Source: Tenuifilaceae bacterium
GTDB lineage: Bacteria > Bacteroidota > Bacteroidia > Bacteroidales > Tenuifilaceae
Direction of reading: 5' to 3'
Length of the DNA stretch: 39,911 bases
NCBI GenBank assembly: GCA_035380045.1
Contig: DAOSWM010000025.1
Coordinates: forward strand, 1-39,911
The translations under genes and the position numbers were made by a program. This document shows, piece after piece, positions 1 through 9,073 of this stretch. How positions within the stretch are numbered: the first letter of the stretch is position 1; every line of letters starts with the position of its first letter. Below the pieces are notes generated by a model that saw nothing but the letters and a program-made list of their open reading frames with translations, was not told the DNA's origin and made no database searches.

Positions 1-161
1 ATTCCGCAACATTAAATCAGAATACTATTTTCTTGACGTTTTTAATGTTTCTTATAATATCTTAACGTTTTCTAAAAAACTTTTTTTTTACGTTTGTCGA
101 TAGGGTATTTCACTTGTCGAGGATCTATAGCATATAATCTACTTTAATAACACACGTAGCC

Positions 162-3100
162 ATGAAACGAATAAGCTTGTTTCTTATAAGCATTGTTGTT
201 TATACAAATAGCCTGGCTCAATCATATCGAATAAACCACTATAATATTAATCAGGGGTTATCGCAAAGCGTTGTTTACACAATATTTCAAGATAGCAAAG
301 GCTTTATTTGGGTTGGAACCCAGAATGGGCTTAACCGTTTTGATGGGTACTCATTCGTTAAGTTTTTGCACAATCCTTCCGACACAAACTCCTTGTCGGA
401 CAGCTGGGTATACTCAATAACGGAAGACAAAGAGGGAAATTTGTGGATTGGCACCCGTAATGGCTTGAATAAATTTAACTATAACACCAACAAGTTCTAT
501 AGGTACCAGCAAAAAACAAAGCCTGGAAATACCCTTTACAGGGACAATGTTTACGGTTGTGTTGTGAGCGATGACGGCATTGTGTACACCAACACGCCCC
601 CTCTTATTAATGCCTTTAATCCTAAAACCGAAGAGTACACGCATTACCAAAACAATCTTGGGCAAAACCCAAATGTGGAGGAACAAACGTTGCCTATAAT
701 TATCGATAGCGAGGGTATTATATGGGCTGCAACAACATTTGGGTTAACCCGATTCGACCCAGAAAGTAAAAAGTTCACCAACTTTCAGCATAACGAAAAA
801 GATAGCAAAACCATAAATAGTAACAACATCCTCACGATATACGAAGACTTAAACGGCAACATTCTGGCAGGAACCCCTGCTGGCATAAATATCTTCGACA
901 GACAAAGCGAAACCTTCAGTCACTATAAAGTTCAGGTGAATAATGCCAACGTTTGGTTTCAGTCCATTGTACAGGACCAGAAGGGAAACTACTGGGTTGG
1001 AACCCAAGGAAATGGTGTTCTAAAACTTAGAATAGATGGCAAAGAAGTTGTCCTCTTGAACAATATCGAAGCCAGCGAAACCCAAAGCCCTAACACGCTA
1101 AACCACAGTATAGTAAATACACTATTCATCGACTTCTCCCACAACCTGTGGATTGGGACACTGAACGGCCTTGATAAAACCAACCTAAAGGACCCCCGCT
1201 TTTCACTATATCGAAAATCGGAGGAGGAGAACTCCGTTGATCTGCTCGACAACGTAATTGCATCAATATACAAACACTCCGATGGAACCATTTGGGTAGG
1301 CAACTGGGGCAAAGGTTTAAACATTGTAAACAGGGAAACCGGCAAGGTAACGCATTACTCATCACAGCTTAGTAACGAACGTTACATCCCCAACGATTTC
1401 GTCCACGTTATTTTTGAATACACCCAATCCGAAATTTGGATAGGTACCCGCAGTGGAATTTTTGTTTTCGACAACCAAAGGTTTGTCCCTTTCTCTCGGT
1501 TTTATAAATCCAGCAAGCTTCCCGATCTGTCAACGTTCAGAATTTCGCATATACTAAAAGATGCAAAAAACAATGTTTGGATAGCAACACAGGGAGGATT
1601 ATTCTATGTTAACATGAACGATTTCTCCTTTGTTCACTACACACAGGATTCTCCCAAAGAGCAGAATCTTAGCGATAACCTGATTTACTCAATCACCTTC
1701 GACCACGACAGCACCCTGTGGATTGCATCAAAAAACGGGCTGAACTATTACAGCCCTCAATCAAAAAAAATCACGCACATTCTTCGCCAGGAAGGTTTAC
1801 AAAACACATTAAACGACAACTATACTGTTTCCATCTGTTACACCTCCGACTCATCACTTTTAATTGGAACTAAATCGGGTATTAATAAGCTTAACATAGA
1901 AACCAAAAAGTTCACCTACATTACTGAAGCAGATGGGCTTCCTGCCGGCGTAGTTTATGAAATAATTGAAGACGACTGGGGAAACGTATGGTTTGGTACC
2001 GGGAACGGACTTGCTGAACTCAAAAAAGGTGAAACGAAGCTAACTATTTATAGCGAGGATGACGGGCTCCAGGGTGCCGAGTTTAACTTGCATGCAGGCC
2101 ATAAGAGCAAGGATGGAGAAATTTTCTTTGGAGGAATGAACGGGTTTAACTCCTACTTCCCCAACAAATTGTCTAACAACATGTTCGTACCAAGTGTTGA
2201 GTTTACCTCCTTCCAAAAACAGAGTAGTAGCGGAACCGAAAACATTCACATTACCGAAAACAGTAGTATAATACTAAAACATAACGACTATGCATTTAAC
2301 GTTGAGTTTGCTGCCCTTGAGTTTACTAGTCCAAACAAGAACCAGTACGCATACAAGTTTACAAACTCCGACGGGGAATGGATTTACAATGGGAACAGAC
2401 GATTCCTCACTTTTTCAAACATCTCACCCGGCGTATACCAGCTTTGGGTAAAAGGAAGCAATAACGACGGGATTTGGAACGAGGAAGGAACTAGCATTAC
2501 CATTAAAGTTTTACCCCCATGGTGGAGAAGCTGGGTTGCTTACTTCGTTTACATTATTCTTATTCTTATTGGTATTATTGCTTTCATTAAGTACCGTGAA
2601 AAAAAGCTGGTTGAACAAAAAAGGGTTCTGGAACACATGGTTAAGGAGCGAACCATGGAAGTTGAAATGCAGAAAAATGAAATTATTGGGAAGAATGAGG
2701 AGCTGGAATCGCAAAACGTTGAAATTATGAGCCAGCGGGATTTGCTCTCTGAGCAAAACCAAAAAATATCAAAACAGAACAAGCAGATTAAGGACAGCAT
2801 ACAGTACGCCAGCCGAATCCAGAACGCGCTACTTCCATCTACAAATGTGCTATCGCAAAACAATATCGACCACTTTCTAATTCTCAAACCCAAGGATATT
2901 GTTAGCGGCGATTTCTACTGGTTTAAGCAGGTAAGGCACCACCTTCTCTTTGCCGTAGCCGATTGTACCGGACACGGAGTACCCGGCGCATTTATGAGCA
3001 TGCTTGGGAATGCCTTCCTTAACGAAATTGTTATGAGGAATGAGATAACCCGAGCCAATCAGGTGCTAGAAAAACTCCGTAACCTAATCATATCCTCGTT

Positions 3101-3542
3101 AATGCAATCGGGCGAAGATGCAGTATCACGTGATGGCATGGACATTGCTTTCTGTGAAATCGACCTTGCAACCCTAAAGCTACAGTACGCCGGAGCGCAC
3201 GTTAACCTAATAATTGTTAGGAACAACGAAATAATTACTGTAAAAGCCGACAGAATTCCCGTTGGTTTATACCACAAGGAGCAGCGCCCGTTTACCAACC
3301 AAGATATACAACTACAGTCAAACGACAAACTATACCTGTTTACCGATGGAATAATCGATCAGTTTGGGGGCGAACACGGAGGGAAGTTCATGCTGAAAAG
3401 ATTCCTGAGGTTGATAACCGACATCAACCAGCTACCAATGGATCAACAGCAACGACTTATCGAGGCATCAATGAACCGCTGGATGAACGATAAGTACGAA
3501 CAAATTGACGACATCACTGTTTTAGGACTTCATGTTCTGTAA
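162..3542 (+). CDS. Signal-peptide sensor protein: periplasmic two-component-regulator beta-propeller repeats plus Y_Y_Y domain, one TM helix, a cytoplasmic coiled coil and a C-terminal PP2C/SpoIIE-type Ser/Thr phosphatase domain
   Basis: The N-terminus MKRISLFLISIVVYTNSLAQ is a signal peptide. Repeated WIGT/WVGT...GLNRF/GLNKF propeller motifs span roughly aa 40-750. A hydrophobic TM segment WVAYFVYIILILIGIIAFI follows. The EE-rich coiled coil leads into the SpoIIE/PP2C motifs RIQNALLP...VSGDFYWF...AVADCTGHGVPGAFMS...DGMDIAF...LFTDGIIDQ. The ATG at 162 agrees with the ORF track. Confidence 0.75.
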   Translation: MKRISLFLISIVVYTNSLAQSYRINHYNINQGLSQSVVYTIFQDSKGFIWVGTQNGLNRFDGYSFVKFLHNPSDTNSLSDSWVYSITEDKEGNLWIGTRNGLNKFNYNTNKFYRYQQKTKPGNTLYRDNVYGCVVSDDGIVYTNTPPLINAFNPKTEEYTHYQNNLGQNPNVEEQTLPIIIDSEGIIWAATTFGLTRFDPESKKFTNFQHNEKDSKTINSNNILTIYEDLNGNILAGTPAGINIFDRQSETFSHYKVQVNNANVWFQSIVQDQKGNYWVGTQGNGVLKLRIDGKEVVLLNNIEASETQSPNTLNHSIVNTLFIDFSHNLWIGTLNGLDKTNLKDPRFSLYRKSEEENSVDLLDNVIASIYKHSDGTIWVGNWGKGLNIVNRETGKVTHYSSQLSNERYIPNDFVHVIFEYTQSEIWIGTRSGIFVFDNQRFVPFSRFYKSSKLPDLSTFRISHILKDAKNNVWIATQGGLFYVNMNDFSFVHYTQDSPKEQNLSDNLIYSITFDHDSTLWIASKNGLNYYSPQSKKITHILRQEGLQNTLNDNYTVSICYTSDSSLLIGTKSGINKLNIETKKFTYITEADGLPAGVVYEIIEDDWGNVWFGTGNGLAELKKGETKLTIYSEDDGLQGAEFNLHAGHKSKDGEIFFGGMNGFNSYFPNKLSNNMFVPSVEFTSFQKQSSSGTENIHITENSSIILKHNDYAFNVEFAALEFTSPNKNQYAYKFTNSDGEWIYNGNRRFLTFSNISPGVYQLWVKGSNNDGIWNEEGTSITIKVLPPWWRSWVAYFVYIILILIGIIAFIKYREKKLVEQKRVLEHMVKERTMEVEMQKNEIIGKNEELESQNVEIMSQRDLLSEQNQKISKQNKQIKDSIQYASRIQNALLPSTNVLSQNNIDHFLILKPKDIVSGDFYWFKQVRHHLLFAVADCTGHGVPGAFMSMLGNAFLNEIVMRNEITRANQVLEKLRNLIISSLMQSGEDAVSRDGMDIAFCEIDLATLKLQYAGAHVNLIIVRNNEIITVKADRIPVGLYHKEQRPFTNQDIQLQSNDKLYLFTDGIIDQFGGEHGGKFMLKRFLRLITDINQLPMDQQQRLIEASMNRWMNDKYEQIDDITVLGLHVL

Positions 3543-3577
3543 TAATGCTTTTCTGTTCATATTAATGCATTATTTTT

Positions 3578-4051
3578 TTGCTACTATTGCAGAATAAAAA
3601 AACAAAACAATTGAGAATACTAATCCTTTGTACCGGAAACTCATGCCGAAGCCAAATGGCCGAAGGTTACCTAAAATCATTTGACAACAGCATTGAAGTT
3701 TTTTCTGCTGGAACCAATCCTTCCAGTAATGTGCATCCGTACGCTGTTGAAGCAATGGCTGAAGTAGGCATCGACATCTCGGGAAATATACCCAAAAGCG
3801 TTGAGCAATACTTATCCCAACATTTTAATTACGTAATAACCGTTTGCGGGGGAGCAAACGAAAGCTGCCCAACCTTTACCGGTAAAGTTGCTAACCGGTG
3901 GCATATTGGCTTCGACGATCCTGCAGAAGCAATCGGTTCCGACGAAGAGGTAATGGCTGTTTTTCGCCGTGTTCGCAACGAGATTGGGGAGTCGTTTTCT
4001 GCATTCTACAAATCGCAAATTCTTGGTGAGAAGAATTGCTGCTGCGAGTAA
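3578..4051 (+). CDS. Arsenate reductase, thioredoxin-coupled ArsC type (LMW protein-tyrosine-phosphatase family)
   Basis: The CX5R P-loop LCTGNSCRSQMAEGY, the paired cysteines VCGGANESCP and the GFDDP motif match the B. subtilis-type ArsC/LMW-PTP fold. The frame has no in-frame ATG. The start is a TTG at 3578, or at 3608 giving MRILILCTGN, so the 5' end is uncertain. The C-terminus ends in an unusual CCCE. Confidence 0.6.
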   Translation: MLLLQNKKTKQLRILILCTGNSCRSQMAEGYLKSFDNSIEVFSAGTNPSSNVHPYAVEAMAEVGIDISGNIPKSVEQYLSQHFNYVITVCGGANESCPTFTGKVANRWHIGFDDPAEAIGSDEEVMAVFRRVRNEIGESFSAFYKSQILGEKNCCCE

Positions 4052-4153
4052 CTATTTATGCCCAACAAATAAACTCCCTCCGTTCCAAAATAAATAGTTT
4101 AGAAAAACTCAAAAACACCCTTCTGTAAAAAAAATAAAAAACACTTTGCAAAT

Positions 4154-4202
4154 TTAACATTGTTAATTATATTCGCGGTGTTAATTTATTGAACAGTGTT
4201 AA
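4154..4202 (+). promoter_or_regulatory. Candidate TetR operator region: perfect palindrome TTAACA-T-TGTTAA (4154-4166) plus two more TGTTAA half-sites (4179-4184, 4197-4202) just upstream of and overlapping the TetR start
   Basis: Inverted repeats read directly from the sequence. TetR-family repressors typically autoregulate through palindromic operators in their own promoter. Confidence 0.35.
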
Positions 4203-4203
4203 C

Positions 4204-4797
4204 ATGAGTAACAAAGAATTGCAAGAAAAAAGGATGAAAGGGTATTTTATCCAAGCAGCAAAAGACATCCTAAAAGGAGAAGGAATAAATAGTTTGAGCG
4301 TTAGAAACATTGCTAATCAGGCTGGATACTCCTACGCAACCCTATATAACTACTTTAAAGATGTTAACGATTTAGTCTTTCTCTGCGTAAACGATTTTCA
4401 GGAGGAGTGTAAACTTTTTGCTGAAAGCCAAACCAAGAATACTCCAGAAGGATTGGAAAAACTAAAGGCATCAGTTTTAGCATACATTGGCTATTTTGTC
4501 GAATACCCTAGTGTTTTCGATGTGTTTTACCTAGCAAAAGTGGGTGACTTTGGGAACAAGCAGGCAACAATTAATGCAATAAGTAACTCCCTCGAGAATG
4601 TTTGTATTTCAGACTGGGAATACTGTATTACCCAAAAATTAGTTCCAACTGAAAAAGCTAACATCATTAAATCTCAACTAAAGAATACTGTAGTTGGACT
4701 TCTATTGCTTTATATAAATCGGAGGATCCCAAATACATACTCTGATTTTATTCATCAGGCTGAAACCATGGTGAATCAACTTTTTGAATTCAATTAG
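4204..4797 (+). CDS. TetR/AcrR family transcriptional regulator
   Basis: The N-terminal HTH SVRNIANQAGYSYATLYNYFKDVNDLVF is typical of TetR. The ORF track starts at a TTG at 4189. The first in-frame ATG is at 4204 (MSNKELQ...) and is preferred here. Confidence 0.75.
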   Translation: MSNKELQEKRMKGYFIQAAKDILKGEGINSLSVRNIANQAGYSYATLYNYFKDVNDLVFLCVNDFQEECKLFAESQTKNTPEGLEKLKASVLAYIGYFVEYPSVFDVFYLAKVGDFGNKQATINAISNSLENVCISDWEYCITQKLVPTEKANIIKSQLKNTVVGLLLLYINRRIPNTYSDFIHQAETMVNQLFEFN

Positions 4798-4873
4798 CAC
4801 CCCCTTTCTTTGGCTGCGAATGGCAACTAAACTAACAAGCAGCAACCACTTTTTTCAATCAAACATACCATCT

Positions 4874-5027
4874 GAGGGTGTCTCAAAAGTTCATTGTGTG
4901 ACTCTGTGAAAGACACTGAGAACCTCTTTGAAACTAATAATTTATTGTATCACAGTGTATCGCAAGGGAACCACAGAGTTCCACAGAGGAGTAAATCTTA
5001 CCCTTTTTTTACTTTTGAAACACCCTC
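4874..5027. repeat. MITE-like dispersed repeat, copy A, ~154 bp with ~17-bp terminal inverted repeats (GAGGGTGTCTCAAAAGT ... ACTTTTGAAACACCCTC)
   Basis: A near-identical ~153-bp copy lies at 33728-33880. Internal CACAGAG/CTCTGTG inverted motifs are present. It lies in the intergenic region downstream of the TetR gene. Confidence 0.6.
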
Positions 5028-5271
5028 TTTTTATTACAATATTTCCTATAGTAACCTTAAAAATAAGCTCTTATCGAGCCATTCCGTCTCTCAATAAAAA
5101 TACTTTACCCAAATTTTACTCCTCAATATTGAAAGAGATCTTTCCCCCATCAACCATTAAGAACCTAGTATTTTCTAATCCTTCACAGATGTTGTAAAAC
5201 ATAGTAACAATTAAAATATTTTCTCGTTTATAACTGTGAAACGTTTAACACATTTTCAAAAATAAAATATT

Positions 5272-5718
5272 ATGATTTCAACAGTAAAAGTTAACGCAAA
5301 AATGGGTTCTGGATTCAGAACCGAGATAGGATGCTCACATCCATTTGTAATCGACCAACCAAAAGCGGGCGGAGGTAACGATGAGGGTCCAAATCCGCTT
5401 GAAATATTCCTGTCATCACTCCCCGCATGCATTTGCGCGATTGGCAGGATTATTGCCAACCAAAAACGTATTAACCTCAGAGGAATTGAGGTTGAAGTTG
5501 AGGGCGATATCGACAAGGATTTCCTTATGGGAAAAACCACCGAGGGTCGGTCGGGATTCACTGAGATTCGTGCATTCGTTAAAATCGATGCCGACATGAG
5601 CGACGAAGAGAAAAAATCATTTCTTCATGAAATAGAAACTCGCTGTCCCATTGCCGATAACATGTCCAATAAGTCAATAATCAGGGCTGAAGTTTACAGC
5701 ACACTAAACGCCAACTAG
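5272..5718 (+). CDS. OsmC/Ohr-family protein (organic hydroperoxide/osmotic stress peroxiredoxin-like)
   Basis: It is 148 aa with an OsmC-like pattern GFRTEIG...GGGNDEGPNPLE...LPACI and a C-terminal ETRCPIA with a conserved Cys. Confidence 0.65.
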   Translation: MISTVKVNAKMGSGFRTEIGCSHPFVIDQPKAGGGNDEGPNPLEIFLSSLPACICAIGRIIANQKRINLRGIEVEVEGDIDKDFLMGKTTEGRSGFTEIRAFVKIDADMSDEEKKSFLHEIETRCPIADNMSNKSIIRAEVYSTLNAN

Positions 5719-5811
5719 CAAGCATTTATATGGCAAATAAAATCGGCTAACCCATTCCTACAATAAATTATGGATTAAGGGTTATAAAACCTTCACTTTA
5801 CGCTAAAGCTA

Positions 5812-5851
5812 ATCGAGGAATCTAACAAAAGTAGATTCCTCGATTTTTTTG
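5812..5851 (+). terminator. Rho-independent terminator downstream of the OsmC-like gene
   Basis: Perfect 12-bp inverted repeat ATCGAGGAATCT...AGATTCCTCGAT followed by TTTTTTT. Confidence 0.5.
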
Positions 5852-5913
5852 TAATAAAAAGAAAACATCAAAGCGTCTTTTTTATTATCTTCACAATTCC
5901 TAAACCTAAAAAA

Positions 5914-6510
5914 ATGATACTACTCGATTTTAGCACTTGGTGGAACGATCTCTCTACCTTTGCATCCATTTACTGGCTTATTACACTTCCTGCTTCCGCA
6001 GTTTTTGTAATTCAGCTTATTCTTACGCTCATAGGTGCCGATGCCGACCACGACGGGCTCGATGCACTGGGCGATGCTGACGCCGGAGTTGACACCGACC
6101 ACGGAATTGGTTTCCAATTCATAAGCCTTAAGAACTTCATCGCATTCTTCACCGTTTTTGGCTGGGTGGGGCTAGCCTGCATTTACAGTGGTTTTGGGCC
6201 ATGGATCACAGTTCTTATCTCCACTGTTGCCGGGCTGATTATGATGGTTATTATGGCATCAATCTACTATTTCTTAGGCAAGCTCACTGAGTCGGGCAAT
6301 GTAAATATGGAAAGTGCCATTGGTAAAACCGCTACGGTTTACCTGTTCATCCCACCCAACAGGCAAGCTTCAGGGAAAGTCCAAATTCAGCTACAGGGCT
6401 ATCGCACCCTTGATGCAATGACTGATGAAGACGAAAAAATCCCAACCGGCTCCATCGTTCAGGTGGTTGATGTGATTAACGACGAAATCCTCCTTGTAAA
6501 AAAAGCGTAG
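5914..6510 (+). CDS. NfeD-like membrane protein (YqiJ-like, partner of flotillin)
   Basis: N-terminal TM helices plus a C-terminal soluble OB-fold-like domain. It lies immediately upstream of an SPFH/flotillin gene, the classic yqiJ-yqiK arrangement. Confidence 0.55.
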   Translation: MILLDFSTWWNDLSTFASIYWLITLPASAVFVIQLILTLIGADADHDGLDALGDADAGVDTDHGIGFQFISLKNFIAFFTVFGWVGLACIYSGFGPWITVLISTVAGLIMMVIMASIYYFLGKLTESGNVNMESAIGKTATVYLFIPPNRQASGKVQIQLQGYRTLDAMTDEDEKIPTGSIVQVVDVINDEILLVKKA

Positions 6511-6579
6511 TCTTATCTATTTATTCTTTTGCATTCTACATTTTACATTTTACATTCTTAACCTTTAACCTTTTATAAT

Positions 6580-8007
6580 ATGGGAGAATACATTCTACTA
6601 GGAACCATTGCTCTGGTTATCTTCGTTTTCATCCTTATCATCTCGCTTGTAAAGCGATACAAGCGCTGTCCTTCCGACAGAGTTCTTGTAGTTTTCGGTA
6701 AAGTTGGGAAAGGGAAGAGCGATCAGGCGCGCTCGGCCAAGTGTATCCACGGAGGTGCAGCCTTCATCTGGCCAATCATTCAGGACTACTCATTCCTGAA
6801 CCTCACCCCAATTTCCATTGAAATTAACCTTACCAATGCGCTTAGCCAGCAGAACATTCGGGTTGATGTTCCCTCTCGATTTACCGTAGGTATTTCAACC
6901 GAACCAGGCGTTATGGATAACGCGGCCGAACGCTTGCTGGGCCTTTCGCAGGACGATATCAGCAACCTGGCAAAGGACATCATCTTTGGTCAGCTTCGTT
7001 TGGTGGTTGCCACCATGGAAATTGAGGAGATAAACAACAATCGCGACAAATTCTTGGCCGCAGTATCGGCCAACGTGGAGGCTGAACTCAAGAAGATTGG
7101 CTTAAAGCTAATCAACGTAAACGTTACCGACATCAACGACGAGTCGGGCTACATCGAGGCACTGGGAAAGGAAGCCGCCGCCAAGGCCATAAACGACGCC
7201 AAGAAGAGCGTTGCCGAGAAGAACCGCGACGGTTCCATTGGCGAGGCAAACGCTATGCGCGACCAGCGTGTTCAGGTATCTCAGGCCGATGCTACTGCCG
7301 TTGAGGGCGAGAACCAGGCAAAAATAACCATCGCCAACTCAAACGCAACCCGCCGCGAGAACGAGGCGGAGGCTGAACGAAAAGCTGTTGCGGCCGAAAA
7401 AGTTGCCCGAGCAAAAGCTCTCGAGGAAGCATACGCCGCCGAAAAAGCAGCAGAAACAATTCGTGCCCAACGGGAACAAGCCACCCAAAAAGCCGACATT
7501 GTGGTACCCGCTCAAATTAACAAGGAGAAAATTGAGATTGATGCCGAAGCCATCGCTGAACGCACCCGTCGAGAGGCACACGGTGAAGCCGATGCTATCT
7601 TCATGAAGATGGAAGCAGAAGGAAAAGGTATCTTCGAAATCCTTACCAAGCAAGCCGAAGGTTTCGAGAAGCTAAGCAAGGCCGCTGGTAACTCACGCGA
7701 TGCAGTAATGATGATGATTGCCGACAAGCTACCCGAATTGGTAAAAACTCAGGTTGAGGCCATTAAGAATCTTAAAATCGACAAGGTTACCGTTTGGGAT
7801 AACATGGGCTCCGGCAAGGATGGTAAAAGCCCGGCAACCGCCAACTTCCTTTCAGGAATGCTCGGCTCAATTCCTCCTTTCGAGGAACTTTTCAAGATGG
7901 CTGGCATGGAGCTTCCAAACTACTTAAAAGGGAAAACAATTGAAACCGAAAAGCCCAAAAGCAAAGGAGGGAAAAAAGCTGAGGACATAGAACCAGTTCA
8001 GGAGTAA
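6580..8007 (+). CDS. Flotillin-family protein (SPFH/band-7 domain, YqiK/FloT-like)
   Basis: An N-terminal TM helix and an SPFH domain are followed by a long Ala/Glu-rich coiled coil (EAEAERKAVAAEKVARAKALEEAYAAEKAAE). Confidence 0.8.
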   Translation: MGEYILLGTIALVIFVFILIISLVKRYKRCPSDRVLVVFGKVGKGKSDQARSAKCIHGGAAFIWPIIQDYSFLNLTPISIEINLTNALSQQNIRVDVPSRFTVGISTEPGVMDNAAERLLGLSQDDISNLAKDIIFGQLRLVVATMEIEEINNNRDKFLAAVSANVEAELKKIGLKLINVNVTDINDESGYIEALGKEAAAKAINDAKKSVAEKNRDGSIGEANAMRDQRVQVSQADATAVEGENQAKITIANSNATRRENEAEAERKAVAAEKVARAKALEEAYAAEKAAETIRAQREQATQKADIVVPAQINKEKIEIDAEAIAERTRREAHGEADAIFMKMEAEGKGIFEILTKQAEGFEKLSKAAGNSRDAVMMMIADKLPELVKTQVEAIKNLKIDKVTVWDNMGSGKDGKSPATANFLSGMLGSIPPFEELFKMAGMELPNYLKGKTIETEKPKSKGGKKAEDIEPVQE

Positions 8008-8020
8008 AACCCATAGACCC

Positions 8021-8056
8021 AACTAACTAAAACCCGTCAACCTTTATTGGTTAGAC
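8021..8056 (+). terminator. Rho-independent terminator after the flotillin gene
   Basis: Hairpin AACCCGTC...GACGGGTT followed by a T-run. Confidence 0.55.
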
Positions 8057-8200
8057 GGGTTTTTTATTAAACACACATGAACCATCATAAATAATTTTGA
8101 TTTCTTATGGAATTTCTTCCTCCGCCGCATCATAATTACAAAGGCTGGCACGTTATACTATAAAAGGCCAGTATTCTCTAACCCCAAAAACCATAAAGCT

Positions 8201-8884
8201 ATGAGAACAAAAAAAAGTAGAAAGGCCGACCTGGAGGGGAAAAAAGCAATCTTCTTCGAAATTGGGTTAATTATTGCCCTGGGCCTATCACTGGTTGCCT
8301 TTGAGTGGTCAACCAAAGGTGATGTGAACCTCCCCGACTACATTTTAAAGAAGCAACCAGAACCCGAAGTAGATGTCCCCATTTTCATTCCTGAAAAAAT
8401 CAAAACGCCTCCACCTCCCGCAATTTCCATTGAAACAATTGTTATACGAGATGATAATGAAGTGTTGGAACCCGTTGAGTCAAACCCCTTTGATGAGATT
8501 ACCGAGGAAACTTACAAAAACATAATTGAACTAGTAAAAACCGAGGAGGATGAGGTAGACGAAATTATTGACTTTACCGTTATAGAGACAAAACCCACAT
8601 TCATGGGTGGTGGGTTCAACCGTTTCAACGAGTGGGTTTTCAGCAACCTTTGTTACCCCGAAGAGGCAATTAAAAATGGCATTCAAGGCAGAGTTTACCT
8701 CGAGTTTATGATTGACAAGAATGGCAACGTAACCAACGTTCAAATCCTGAAAGGCATCGACCCGCTACTTGATGCTGAAGCCAGCAGAGTAGTCGCATCT
8801 TCTCCTCGATGGAATCCTGGTTCTCAGCGCAATAAACCCGTTAACGTTATGTTCAAGTTTTCAATCAACTTTAGGCTTAAGTAA
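8201..8884 (+). CDS. TonB-family energy transducer
   Basis: N-terminal TM anchor, Pro-rich spacer (KTPPPPAIS) and a C-terminal TonB domain (YPEEAIKNGIQGRVYLEFMIDKNGNV...). Confidence 0.7.
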   Translation: MRTKKSRKADLEGKKAIFFEIGLIIALGLSLVAFEWSTKGDVNLPDYILKKQPEPEVDVPIFIPEKIKTPPPPAISIETIVIRDDNEVLEPVESNPFDEITEETYKNIIELVKTEEDEVDEIIDFTVIETKPTFMGGGFNRFNEWVFSNLCYPEEAIKNGIQGRVYLEFMIDKNGNVTNVQILKGIDPLLDAEASRVVASSPRWNPGSQRNKPVNVMFKFSINFRLK

Positions 8885-8904
8885 AAAACTCCTTAACCTA
8901 AAAA

Positions 8905-8933
8905 GCCCGACCTCAAAAACGTCGGGTTTTTTT
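8905..8933 (+). terminator. Rho-independent terminator after the TonB gene
   Basis: CCCGAC...GTCGGG hairpin followed by TTTTTTT. Confidence 0.55.
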
Positions 8934-9073
8934 ATCATAACCTTCTTTTATTGCTATTTACGAAATTATGCTCTTATATTATCAGCAATAAGTTGATTAA
9001 TAACTATTGTAAACTTAACATAGTTAAAATTGGCAAATGAACCAGAGATTGCTAATTTTGTTAAAGGTACTAC

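Noticed and set aside
414-3328. Several antisense and overlapping small ORFs inside the 1126-aa sensor gene (414-686, 989-1345, 1126-1365, 2040-2249, 2511-2893, 3059-3328)
   Set aside because: They lie entirely within a long, well-supported CDS on the opposite strand or in an alternate frame. Their composition is low-complexity and they have no recognisable motifs. They are most likely spurious.
4894-5197. ORFs 4894-5097 and 4928-5197 in the TetR-OsmC intergenic region
   Set aside because: They overlap the MITE-like repeat and each other. Their translations are low-complexity with no domain signal. The region is better explained as a non-coding repeat plus an AT-rich promoter.
6541-6580. Short tandem motifs (TTTTACAT x2, TAACCTTT x2) upstream of the flotillin gene
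   Set aside because: Only two copies of 8 bp each are present. This is consistent with AT-rich promoter sequence and not an array or CRISPR-like structure.
7281-7727. Antisense ORFs inside the flotillin coiled-coil region (7281-7499, 7339-7653, 7388-7606, 7512-7727)
   Set aside because: The Ala/Glu-rich repeats create open frames on both strands. The sense-strand SPFH gene fully explains the region.
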